A stretch of DNA of 64,000 nt, taken from the NCBI GenBank assembly GCA_014729505.1, contig WJJS01000009.1, positions 970-64,969 on the forward strand, given 5' to 3'. A program made the translations under genes and the position numbers. The notes beneath the pieces are model-generated. The model did no database searches. It worked only from the letters and a program-made list of their open reading frames with translations, and was not told the DNA's origin. Shown here one piece after another: positions 1 through 8,673 of the stretch. The number at the start of each line of letters is the position of its first letter. The stretch's first letter is position 1. This stretch comes from Candidatus Woesearchaeota archaeon. Its GTDB lineage: Archaea; Nanobdellota; Nanobdellia; Woesearchaeales; ARS49.

Positions 1-849
1 ATGATAACGGATCTCTTTTTATTGCTTCGACCACAACAATGGTACAAAAATGCACTCGTATATCTGCCTCTTTTCTTTGCACGAGCAATAACTGCAGAAC
101 ACCTACTGCTTACCACGATAGGTTTTGTCGCTCTTTGTTTTATCTCCTCAACAAATTATATTATCAACGACATTGTCGATATCAAGCGCGACAGAGCACA
201 CCCTGAAAAACGTCAACGACCCTTAGCGTCACAAAAAATACCATTATGGGCAGGCATTGTTCTTGCTCTTACCCTTTTTGTTAGCGCAGTAGCAATTGCA
301 GGGCCACTAGGACAACGCTTTGCTGCATCAATACTCTTTCTCTTCTTGTTCACACAGTTCTACTCCTTTGTGCTCAAACACGAAGTCTTTGCCGACATCA
401 TCGCCATCTCAATCAATTTTGTTATTCGCGCAAACAGCGGAGCATACCTTATTGACGTGCCCATCTCCAACTGGCTTGTCATAGGCGTGTTCTTCTTTGC
501 ATTATTTTTAGCTTCTGGCAAACGACATGCAGACCTTTTACTCCTCAAAGACAAGGCAACAACACACAAGAAAACCCTCAAATATTATACACCAGAGATC
601 ACCAATGCGCTGATGATTATCAGTACAACAATACTACTATTTACCTACACGCTCTTTACGTTTTTAAGTACTCACAAAAACCTCATCTATACCATACCCT
701 TTGCACTGTACGCGATACTACGCTATGCCATGCTTGCCTCTCAAGGATCAATCATTGCAAGACACCCTCATTACGGCATTACAGACATAAAACTCGTCAT
801 CAGCAGCCTTCTCTGGGTCGCGATTACCGGGTTTTTACTGTATTATTAG
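1..849 (+). CDS. UbiA-superfamily prenyl/phosphoribosyl transferase (integral membrane)
   Basis: 282-aa ORF starting at the window edge. It has RPQQWYKN near the N-terminus, the Asp-rich NDIVDIKRD (NDxxDxxxD) motif and many hydrophobic helices. The true N-terminus could lie upstream of the window. Confidence 0.7.
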   Translation: MITDLFLLLRPQQWYKNALVYLPLFFARAITAEHLLLTTIGFVALCFISSTNYIINDIVDIKRDRAHPEKRQRPLASQKIPLWAGIVLALTLFVSAVAIAGPLGQRFAASILFLFLFTQFYSFVLKHEVFADIIAISINFVIRANSGAYLIDVPISNWLVIGVFFFALFLASGKRHADLLLLKDKATTHKKTLKYYTPEITNALMIISTTILLFTYTLFTFLSTHKNLIYTIPFALYAILRYAMLASQGSIIARHPHYGITDIKLVISSLLWVAITGFLLYY

Positions 850-993
850 AAAAGAACTGTTAGTGGCAGAAATCGTTGTGGGGGGATTTCGAGCCTACTA
901 ACAGAGGAAAATAACCTTTCCAGACTATATATTCTAACATCTATATATAAAGCTTTCGTTTTTTGTCACTGTTCGGGTCCGAACATTGCCTTG

Positions 994-1449
994 TTACGAG
1001 ATATCATACAAAAACATGTTATACGTACTATTGACAATACCAGACCACTGCGCAGCCTCTTTTTCATGAATAGAAGACCAGTTACGCTCATAGCGAAGAC
1101 CTGCAGAACTATGGATCTTGACCAGACGAATATCCTGCTGGACATGTTCTTCGATCTTTGACTGTCTTACCTCGGGCGATCTCAGCGTCTCTTCAGGATC
1201 CTCAAGATCGTACCCCGCCCGATACGGTTTAACATCATGACTTGTTTGCTCATACAACAACTCTTCAGGCATCGACGACTCGTAATGCGTTACTAAAAGT
1301 TGTTCCACCACGTCAAGTTCCGGCTCTTCGGGGTGAGACACCCCTTCTTGAACCACGTCCTCAACAGAGTCTTCATTAAGCAGTTGAGACGGCGAGTCAA
1401 GCACTTCCAATTCTGCAATCAAACTATCGAGTGTATCACTATCAAGCAT
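994..1449 (-). CDS. hypothetical acidic protein
   Basis: 151-aa D/E-rich ORF with no recognisable motif. A TATA-like ttaaat box (1474-1479) is centred about 27 nt upstream of the ATG. Confidence 0.4.
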   Translation of the reverse strand: MLDSDTLDSLIAELEVLDSPSQLLNEDSVEDVVQEGVSHPEEPELDVVEQLLVTHYESSMPEELLYEQTSHDVKPYRAGYDLEDPEETLRSPEVRQSKIEEHVQQDIRLVKIHSSAGLRYERNWSSIHEKEAAQWSGIVNSTYNMFLYDIS

Positions 1450-1570
1450 ACCACAAAAAGCACTGCTCGAACCTTAAATGCATTACGCGGCACCAACATG
1501 TATTTCAGAGTTATTGAGTACAAGGTAGGAGTGATAAAACATTATAAACGCCACTTGCGTTTGTCGACGT

Positions 1571-2368
1571 ATGAAGTTTCGCATTAAACGACGCAAAACA
1601 CACCAACACCAACCACAGGGAGATGATTATACACTCGCAGTGCGTTTTGCAGACAAGATTAAAAACGAACTACAAGACTTTGTCAAAGCAATAGTGCTCT
1701 TTGGCAGCGTGTCGCGAGAGGAACGCGCAAACCACATCCCAGACATCGACATACTCATGGTCGTTGATGATCTCACCATGATGCTCTCAGAAGAAGTGAT
1801 AGAAGCGTACCGCATCATTACAGAAAACACCGCATCAGCAGTTTCACGACGATTACACATCACCACAATGAAACTCACCAACTTCTGGGAATACGTGCGC
1901 AACGGCGATCCAATAGCCGTGAACATGCTACGAGACGGCTACCCATTATTTGATACCGGACTCTTTGAACCGCTCCAACAATTACTCCATGACGGGCGCA
2001 TCAAACCAACAAGAGAAAGCATGTACTCCTACTTTGCACGCGCACCACTTACGATGGCAAACGCAGACTGGCACATCCTGCAAGCATGCACAGACCTGTA
2101 CTGGGCAGTCATTGACGCAGCACACGCAGCACTCATGAAGTATCACGTCGTACCACCAACACCAGGACATGTCAGCGAAGAACTACGACAGAACATGTCG
2201 ACAATGAAACTACACAAAAAATACGTACGCACGATGAATGAATTTTTCACACTCAACAAAAATATCGTACACCGCAAAATACAATCAATCAGTGGCAAAG
2301 ACTACGACACATACAAAACAAAAGCACAAGAATTTATCCGCGAAATGCAGCGCATCGTCAAAGAATAA
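1571..2368 (+). CDS. nucleotidyltransferase-domain protein (Pol-beta superfamily, MNT-like) with helical HEPN-like C-terminal half
   Basis: The motif LFGSVSREE...DIDILMVVDD (GS...DxD minimal NTase) is followed by an all-helical C-terminal region. A TATA box (cattataaac, about 1540) lies about 25 nt upstream of the ATG. Confidence 0.6.
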   Translation: MKFRIKRRKTHQHQPQGDDYTLAVRFADKIKNELQDFVKAIVLFGSVSREERANHIPDIDILMVVDDLTMMLSEEVIEAYRIITENTASAVSRRLHITTMKLTNFWEYVRNGDPIAVNMLRDGYPLFDTGLFEPLQQLLHDGRIKPTRESMYSYFARAPLTMANADWHILQACTDLYWAVIDAAHAALMKYHVVPPTPGHVSEELRQNMSTMKLHKKYVRTMNEFFTLNKNIVHRKIQSISGKDYDTYKTKAQEFIREMQRIVKE

Positions 2369-2406
2369 CCACATTTCTTAAATAGTGCAAGACAAGAAAA
2401 CAATCC

Positions 2407-2982
2407 ATGGACTTTGCAGCTCACAAAAAAGCACTATTAGACCGGACGGATCACTCAACAAAAGCGAGTCTTGATGAACCCATACAACCACTCGTCGAGT
2501 ATCTCAACGCGCAAGAAGAATACGTCACCACCTCAAGCTGTTCTGGACGACTAGTCCTGCTTGCAAGCAAGCAATTCGAGAAAAAAAACAGCAAATGGCT
2601 CTTTGTCTCACACGACCCCGTCACCACAACACTTGCCTCATACCTTAACAAAGCACCAGATTTGTGGTATGTCGCAGAAGGAGCCATACTCCACGTGAAA
2701 TGCCGCGACAACAACGCTGCACACGCGTTTTTAAGCGCAGCAAAAGCGGCCGGCTTTAAACGTGCAGGCATTATCTCGCTCAAAAAACCACTCGTTATAG
2801 AACTCATCAGTTCTGAGCGCATTATCGCGCCACTCGTAGAAAACAGCACCATACTCGTCACGCCCTCCTATCTTAACACGCTTGTCCGATTAGGCAACAC
2901 ATTACTCAAACAAACACATACTAAGCTCTCACAGCTCCTTACCATTTTACAAGCACATACACAAGAAACGCAATCACCATAA
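2407..2982 (+). CDS. taw3: tRNA wyosine-derivative methyltransferase Taw3 (TYW3 family)
   Basis: 191 aa. The N-terminal DHSTKASLDEPIQPLVEYLN...YVTTSSCSGR motif is characteristic of the TYW3 family. TATA tcttaaatag is at 2376-2385. Confidence 0.7.
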   Translation: MDFAAHKKALLDRTDHSTKASLDEPIQPLVEYLNAQEEYVTTSSCSGRLVLLASKQFEKKNSKWLFVSHDPVTTTLASYLNKAPDLWYVAEGAILHVKCRDNNAAHAFLSAAKAAGFKRAGIISLKKPLVIELISSERIIAPLVENSTILVTPSYLNTLVRLGNTLLKQTHTKLSQLLTILQAHTQETQSP

Positions 2983-3307
2983 GCACGGCACCCATCATCA
3001 CCAGAGGTTTCCACGACCGGGGCTGGCGGACCAAAACAGTAACCATACCACTTACCTGCGGATTTCCAACATACACCTTGACTTCCTGTTCTCCAATCGC
3101 TTGACCCTGCAGATGAATCGTCTGCACACCATGCACAGAACCATTAGACGGTTCGGCAAAGATCTGAGCAGGACAATCAATCCAAAACGATTGCGCTTCA
3201 GGACTCACAATAGTAAAAGATGCATTACCATCAAGGATTACTTCCTCCGGCGAGACCCCAAAAGAAAAAGCAAACAAAAAGGGAAGAAAAAAAAGAAAAC
3301 GCTTCAT
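2939..3307 (-). CDS. small secreted protein with C-terminal membrane anchor
   Basis: 122 aa with an N-terminal signal-like segment (MKRFLFFLPFLFAFSFG), a beta-rich middle and a C-terminal TM (LVMMGAVLMVIAFLVYVLV). Its start overlaps the stop of the upstream LTD gene by 4 nt (3304-3307). Its 3' end overlaps taw3 convergently by 44 nt. Confidence 0.45.
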   Translation of the reverse strand: MKRFLFFLPFLFAFSFGVSPEEVILDGNASFTIVSPEAQSFWIDCPAQIFAEPSNGSVHGVQTIHLQGQAIGEQEVKVYVGNPQVSGMVTVLVRQPRSWKPLVMMGAVLMVIAFLVYVLVKW

Positions 3308-4431
3308 CTGGCACCAACAGCAAGGCTACCAACATAGGTTCCGCTCGTTTGTACAGCGCCAACATCAAGACGCAAACTCACTACCTTATGTTGTCCGGGC
3401 AATACTTGACCAATACCAGATGGTGCAGACATGAGGGCAGCAAACTGCGCGCCATCAACACTGAACTCTAAGGCAGCACTTGGCAGCGACGCATTAACAC
3501 CCTGCAAAGTTGATGCGCTCAATTCAAGATCAACAGGCACATTACCGGCATTAGCAACAGTCATCGTCGTAGGAGTATCAGTCACGGCGACTGTCATCGT
3601 CTCAAGCGACAAACCCTTTAAAGACAACACCTCGACGACGTACGTCGCCCGTTCCACCACTTCAAAAACATACTCTCCAGGAACAGTAGTATATTCAAGG
3701 ATTACTTTCCACTGCGGCGTTTGGTTCTCTTTTACAGATCTATACGACACACCATTAAATGTCGCAGTCATATTTTCTCTTGGAGCCTCAATACTAATAG
3801 TTCTATTCTCGCCTGGAAAAGGAATCCATTGCACACCTGGCGCACTATCATCATCAGGAAGTGAAAGATTGACCGCCTGCCCACTCATATCGACTTGTGC
3901 AATCACCAACACTTCATCACTTAAAAAAAGAGGAGGTGCAACAACAAAATCTTCACTATTATTATCAGTCGACGACACTCTTACTAACGACTGTCCCTCT
4001 TGCGATCCCTGATGCGGAGTTCCCCTATACAAACCCTCATCTATTGCTGCAGCATCACCCCAGCCAACTGCATCAACACTCTGCGTTCCATTTAGCAACG
4101 CTACTCCGGCATCACTATTTGCTAAAGTCAACGTCTCAATAAGATCAGCACTCGCCCAGTGCACAGGTCGAGACTCTTCCCATCCAGGATCTGCAATCAC
4201 ATACCGCTGTCCAGGCTTTAATACCGTTTCTGCAGGAATCACAGCATCAGTACCGCTGGTTTCAGTTGCAATAACCCATCCACTCACATCTACAGCACTC
4301 TTACCGTCATTACTCAACTCCACTGCTTCTATATTATCAGCAGGCCAGTAGAGCACCTGACTGATCTTTACTGCCTGTGCCTGCCACGATAACAAGGCAA
4401 GCAAGACACACATTGCGATCACTTTTTTCAT
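3304..4431 (-). CDS. secreted lamin-tail-domain (LTD) protein
   Basis: Signal peptide MKKVIAMCVLLALLSWQAQA. LTD-like pattern: IEAVELSNDGKSAVDVSGWVI...LKPGQRYVIAD...DAGVALLNGTQSVDAVGWGD. A GGAGGTGA Shine-Dalgarno sequence lies 7 nt upstream of the ATG. Confidence 0.6.
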   Translation of the reverse strand: MKKVIAMCVLLALLSWQAQAVKISQVLYWPADNIEAVELSNDGKSAVDVSGWVIATETSGTDAVIPAETVLKPGQRYVIADPGWEESRPVHWASADLIETLTLANSDAGVALLNGTQSVDAVGWGDAAAIDEGLYRGTPHQGSQEGQSLVRVSSTDNNSEDFVVAPPLFLSDEVLVIAQVDMSGQAVNLSLPDDDSAPGVQWIPFPGENRTISIEAPRENMTATFNGVSYRSVKENQTPQWKVILEYTTVPGEYVFEVVERATYVVEVLSLKGLSLETMTVAVTDTPTTMTVANAGNVPVDLELSASTLQGVNASLPSAALEFSVDGAQFAALMSAPSGIGQVLPGQHKVVSLRLDVGAVQTSGTYVGSLAVGAR

Positions 4432-4583
4432 CGTTTCACCTCCAGAACTGATGAGACGACTGTCTTAAAGTGACTTATCCCAGTTACATCGCAAGATCTT
4501 CTGTATACCTCAAACTCCTTCGTGTACAAGCAAGTTTTTTCGAGAAGAACGAAAAGAAAGAAAAAAACGAGAAAAGAAAAAAA

Positions 4584-5981
4584 TTATCTTCGCAGTAAAA
4601 TCACACCAAGTAGTGCTAGCACACCAAGACCTAAGAGCGCTACAAGCGCAACAAGAACAACAAGATATGCTGTCGAGTCACGAAAGCTACCAGTACTTGC
4701 AGTCGACACACCACTAGAAACAGGTGGTTGAGTGATAATCGTTGGACCGCTAGGTGTTGTAGTCGGTGTCGTCACATTAGGAGTGGGCGTCGGTGTAGGT
4801 GTTGGTTCAGGATCGGGCTCCTCACACTGATCAATAGTGAGCACTTTTTCCTCAGTATCCATTAGGACATCGTCGCTGATATACGCTTTAACCGTCACCT
4901 TGTGCGGACCGCTTGCTGCATCAGTAGGAATCTGCATAAGAAACGTACGCGTATCCTCATCATCACGATCAAGAACAATATCTGAACGCTTATCCTTGAA
5001 GTTCAAACTCGGCGCAGAGACTTCCACCGCTGCCTCGTCCTGATCCCTTTTACCGCGATTCTTAATCTTCACTGAAATATCAACATAGTCGCTATTTGCA
5101 CTACATAAGATACGCTCAGGAGACATCTCAAAACGAGTGATACGTACATCGTGGCTTTCACGCTCAACATTCATATCAAACTCAATTTTCTCACCATGCT
5201 TTGCGCCATTCTCATCAGTACCCTCAATGATAAGCTCTGCTTGATGACTCGTATCATCAGCATCCTCGTCAACGTCAGCATCAAAAGTTACTTCATCATC
5301 CTCGCCAGCGTCAAGACTGATCGTGTCAGCATCGTCACCGATGTCAAAATCGTTATCGTCTTCAATCTCCCAGCGCACACGAGCAGAACGGAAATCCACA
5401 TTATCACTTGAGGAAAACGTGTTTTCCACTTCAACTACAAACGTAATACTGTCGCCTGGCTCCATATCAATTTCATCATCATCAGAGACAGAAGAGGACT
5501 TTGTCGACTCGCCAGAGACTTCCATATCCGCATCCTTAATCTCAAGATTATTCTCCGCTTGCATATAGACTTTGCCAGAAGCAGTACCAGTACCGCCAGA
5601 TGTTACCTTAGAATAACCGACATTAGTCGAACCAATCTCGAGCTTTGTTGCTTCAAAATCATCATTGACAGCATCATGATCGAGCGGTACAAATGCCTTA
5701 AGCGTTACCGTTACACTAGAGCCAGCAGTAATCGTGTGGGGCAAGCTGACACCATCAATAGTCAGCTCGTACTTACTGTCAGCGCTCGGCGTAATCGACG
5801 TAACACTAATCGATTCGTTCAAATCGTTTTCAATCTTGAATGTCGTAGACACATTCTCATCACGTTCCTGACTTGAACCCCCAAGATTCGCATCAGTTAC
5901 GGACACGTCCGCATACACCGTTCCTGCAACAAGAGCGATGAGGACGCAGAGAATCACAAATGTAATTTTTAATCCCTTCAT
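4584..5981 (-). CDS. acidic cell-surface protein with PT-rich linker and C-terminal TM anchor
   Basis: Signal peptide MKGLKITFVILCVLIALVAGTVYA, long D/E-rich beta-type body, EPDPEPTPTPTPTPNVTTPTTTP linker, C-terminal TM plus LLRR. The start is set at the ATG (M6 of the listed ORF), about 24 nt from a TATA-like box. Confidence 0.55.
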   Translation of the reverse strand: MKGLKITFVILCVLIALVAGTVYADVSVTDANLGGSSQERDENVSTTFKIENDLNESISVTSITPSADSKYELTIDGVSLPHTITAGSSVTVTLKAFVPLDHDAVNDDFEATKLEIGSTNVGYSKVTSGGTGTASGKVYMQAENNLEIKDADMEVSGESTKSSSVSDDDEIDMEPGDSITFVVEVENTFSSSDNVDFRSARVRWEIEDDNDFDIGDDADTISLDAGEDDEVTFDADVDEDADDTSHQAELIIEGTDENGAKHGEKIEFDMNVERESHDVRITRFEMSPERILCSANSDYVDISVKIKNRGKRDQDEAAVEVSAPSLNFKDKRSDIVLDRDDEDTRTFLMQIPTDAASGPHKVTVKAYISDDVLMDTEEKVLTIDQCEEPDPEPTPTPTPTPNVTTPTTTPSGPTIITQPPVSSGVSTASTGSFRDSTAYLVVLVALVALLGLGVLALLGVILLRR

Positions 5982-6040
5982 TGTCCAACCCCACAAAAGT
6001 TTTATACTACGCAGCAGTAGTGCCTATATAAATATTGTGG

Positions 6041-7057
6041 TTAAATCAAGTATTTTTTCAATAAGACACGAATATTACTGCAAAAACGATCAAAATCCTC
6101 CCTGGCAATACTCGCGCCACAGGCATTCCTATGTCCGCCACCATACCCCTCAATACCCTGCAACGCGGTCTTGAGCAGTGTTGCCAAAGGAATATCAGAT
6201 CGTGAACGCAACGAACACACAATCCTCTCCCTGCGAAGACGACCAAGCAACAAGACAGGCAAGGATTTTCGATACATCATCTCATTAGCAAGATCCTTTG
6301 TAATACTAAACCTTCCTGGCGTATAGACAAACACCCACAAACCATCTTCAGGTTCAACACGCATCGCTTGTTCCTTAATCTTGAGTAATTCGTCATGTAC
6401 ATCAAGATATCTCGCCCACAACCATCGAGCATCCACAGTCTCTTGACCCAGTATTTCATAAGGGGACTTCACACGTTGCAACGCCTGAAGAGAGCGCTTC
6501 ACCGTCTTTGAATCACCCTTGAGACTAAAAGAAATCACACGAGCAATAACACCAACAGGAGCATCAAAACGAGCGTGCCCAAGATCGTGAACAGTCCCTA
6601 ACAAATCTGCATACTGTTGTTTAAACTCGTCAATAAAAGGAGGCCACAAGTGATCATCAATACTGCCAACAGCAGCAAGCCACAAGTCGCGCTTCACAAT
6701 CTGATAACACATCGCAGCAGTGGAGACCGACACATCATTTACCAACAACACCTTATCAATCTCCTGACACGGATGATGATCAATCCATAACACAGGACGC
6801 TTAACCACATCAACAAATTCCTGATCCATTAAGGCCACATCAAGAACGACAAGCGCGTCCTCGTCACGCACAAGAGTTGCATGAGACGCAGTAATATGAG
6901 GCTTAGACTTGACAAGATACGCTCGACCCTCTCGAAAAGCCCGATACAATAACAAATATGCACAAATACCATCAGCATCATCGTCAAACAAATACAGAGG
7001 ATTTTTTGCAGACGATAAAAACGAGCGAGCTTTTGTAATCAGTTCAACAGCCACCAT
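6041..7057 (-). CDS. DHH/DHHA1-family phosphoesterase (NrnA/RecJ-like core)
   Basis: Motifs DDDADGICA, WIDHHP (DHH) and C-terminal GGGHRNACGA (DHHA1 GGGH). At 338 aa it is shorter than archaeal GAN/RecJ. Confidence 0.75.
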   Translation of the reverse strand: MVAVELITKARSFLSSAKNPLYLFDDDADGICAYLLLYRAFREGRAYLVKSKPHITASHATLVRDEDALVVLDVALMDQEFVDVVKRPVLWIDHHPCQEIDKVLLVNDVSVSTAAMCYQIVKRDLWLAAVGSIDDHLWPPFIDEFKQQYADLLGTVHDLGHARFDAPVGVIARVISFSLKGDSKTVKRSLQALQRVKSPYEILGQETVDARWLWARYLDVHDELLKIKEQAMRVEPEDGLWVFVYTPGRFSITKDLANEMMYRKSLPVLLLGRLRRERIVCSLRSRSDIPLATLLKTALQGIEGYGGGHRNACGASIAREDFDRFCSNIRVLLKKYLI

Positions 7058-7102
7058 GCGTTTTTGAAAACTGCCATCATTCTTAAGACTTGGGCCGAAA
7101 CG

Positions 7103-7110
7103 TTTAAATA
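7103..7110 (+). promoter_or_regulatory. TATA box (tttaaata) of the Sm-L37e operon
   Basis: The box centre is 26.5 nt upstream of the ATG at 7133. The same spacing recurs at many genes in this window, implying a leaderless transcript. Confidence 0.55.
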
Positions 7111-7132
7111 GTCACCAGGGCCCGACGCGAGT

Positions 7133-7357
7133 ATGGAAGCACGACCACTAGATGCATTGAATCGCTCACGCGATAAAAAAGTACTCGTCGAACTCAAAAA
7201 CGGACGCCAATACCTCGGCACGCTGCGAGCATTCGACATACATATTAACGTCGTCCTCGACGACGCAGAAGAACGCCACGAAGGACAAGTCAAAAGAAAG
7301 ATCGGAACCACCTTTATTCGAGGTGACACGATCATTCTTATTTCACCAGCACAATGA
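7133..7357 (+). CDS. Sm-like archaeal protein (SmAP/LSm)
   Basis: 74 aa. Sm1/Sm2 pattern: VLVELKNGRQYLGTLRAFDIHINVVLDDAEE...IRGDTIILISP. Followed by L37e, as in the conserved archaeal Sm-L37e pair. Confidence 0.85.
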   Translation: MEARPLDALNRSRDKKVLVELKNGRQYLGTLRAFDIHINVVLDDAEERHEGQVKRKIGTTFIRGDTIILISPAQ

Positions 7358-7521
7358 AAGGAACAGCAAGTCAAGGAAAAAAATCATCAGGAAAAAGTCA
7401 CATACCATGCCGACGGTGTGGACGATCCGCGTACCACGTACGAAAAAAAGCATGCGCAAGCTGCGGATACGGAAAAAGCAAAAAACTACGCAATTATTCC
7501 TGGCAAACACTAAACCGTTAA
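7354..7521 (+). CDS. rpl37e: 50S ribosomal protein L37e (eL37)
   Basis: Not in the ORF track (55 aa). My translation is MKGTASQGKKSSGKSHIPCRRCGRSAYHVRKKACASCGYGKSKKLRNYSWQTLNR, with a CxxC...CxxC zinc ribbon. There is an ATGA overlap with the Sm stop codon. Confidence 0.85.
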   Translation: MKGTASQGKKSSGKSHIPCRRCGRSAYHVRKKACASCGYGKSKKLRNYSWQTLNR

Positions 7522-7560
7522 CAGTCTACAAATAATTCTATTACGCCAGACAATACTTTT

Positions 7561-8355
7561 CTAACCTGTTTGATTACCCAATTCTTCAGTCAAACGCTCC
7601 TTACAACGCTCACGAATCATTGAAACACCAATCTCATCACAAGAATCAATATCCTTAGTGAGAATAATAACACGATACTCGCACACCTGCTCATAGAAAT
7701 TATCATCAATATGAGCACACAAAGAAAAATCCTCATTTTGCTTTGCAAGCTCTGTTATACACTGCAAGGTCGTGTGACGTTCCTCACCCAAACCGCCAGG
7801 CTCCTCATTAACAATAGAATCACACAAGTCCACATTATTTAACCCAAGAGAAATATTATAGATACAATTATCACGACGAACAGGACCAGTAATACTAAAA
7901 CAATGAGTCTTATCAAGAAGAGCGCGACCAAAATGGTCATGGCACAAATCTCTCCACGCCGGAGACTTGATCGTTTTGCAACGATCAGCATCATTTTTCT
8001 TCTCAGCAACCCCCTCTATGCAGTACTCCCGCGAAAGATCAGAGGACATGTCACAATACTCGTAATCCGCGAGAGAAATACCAAGCTCCGCATAACAATT
8101 CTTCTGCAAATCATCAGAAATACTATCACAATACTGAGGATTTGGATCAAACTTGACCGCTTCATGATAACACAGATTACGCACCCGCTCATCTTCAATC
8201 ATAGGACAAGCAAACGTCTGGTTTTCGGAAGCTAAATCGAAATAACACCAATCATCACCATTACAAGGATCAGGATCTAATGGTACAAATCCCGTCGGTG
8301 TTTGCGTACACGCAGCAAGCAGTACCAATGCAGCAATAAGGACGCAGAGTCTCAT
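7561..8355 (-). CDS. Cys-rich repeat lipoprotein/secreted protein
   Basis: Lipobox-like MRLCVLIAALVLLAAC. About 22 Cys are arranged in recurring ...C.x.I....xRDxCY... modules of about 30-35 aa. No enzyme motif is present. Confidence 0.5.
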   Translation of the reverse strand: MRLCVLIAALVLLAACTQTPTGFVPLDPDPCNGDDWCYFDLASENQTFACPMIEDERVRNLCYHEAVKFDPNPQYCDSISDDLQKNCYAELGISLADYEYCDMSSDLSREYCIEGVAEKKNDADRCKTIKSPAWRDLCHDHFGRALLDKTHCFSITGPVRRDNCIYNISLGLNNVDLCDSIVNEEPGGLGEERHTTLQCITELAKQNEDFSLCAHIDDNFYEQVCEYRVIILTKDIDSCDEIGVSMIRERCKERLTEELGNQTG

Positions 8356-8530
8356 AACTCACCATCCTCCAAATCGGTTATATAAAATTTATGGATCTCG
8401 CATTATGATATTGGAGACTACAAACAGTGCCTGCTCTCCCACGTAAAGCACGGAAACAAACAAATAGACAGGTTTATAAATCGATTACCGTTGCGCAAAG
8501 AACGAAAACCATTACAGATACCTTACGTAT

Positions 8531-8614
8531 GCGGGAGTGCCGGAGTGGCCAAACGGGACGGGTTTAGGCCCCGTTGACTTAGTGTCTACGCAGGTTCAAA
8601 TCCTGTCTCCCGCA
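8531..8614 (+). tRNA. tRNA-Leu (anticodon UAG)
   Basis: Hand-folded cloverleaf. Acceptor gcgggag/ctcccgc, anticodon stem acggg/cccgt with loop ttTAGgc, long variable arm, T-arm gcagg-ttcaaat-cctgt, discriminator A. No encoded CCA and no intron. Confidence 0.85.
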
Positions 8615-8620
8615 TTTTTT
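8615..8620 (+). terminator. oligo-T tract after tRNA-Leu
   Basis: A tttttt run sits immediately 3' of the discriminator base. Oligo-T is the usual archaeal termination signal. Confidence 0.4.
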
Positions 8621-8673
8621 CACGCCGCACACAAATCGCTGACAAGCACTACACTTCTTTACATCTAGACATA

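Noticed and set aside
2939-2982. 44-nt convergent overlap of taw3 and the small anchored-protein gene, considered as a sign of a mis-called ORF or frameshift.
   Set aside because: Both ORFs have sensible termini: the TYW3-length protein, and a C-terminal TM ending in KW. Short convergent overlaps recur in this compact window (13144-13160, 29383-29386, 32710-32713).
7323-7535. 70-aa ORF listed after the Sm gene.
   Set aside because: Wrong frame. The overlapping frame from 7354 encodes a canonical L37e zinc-ribbon protein.
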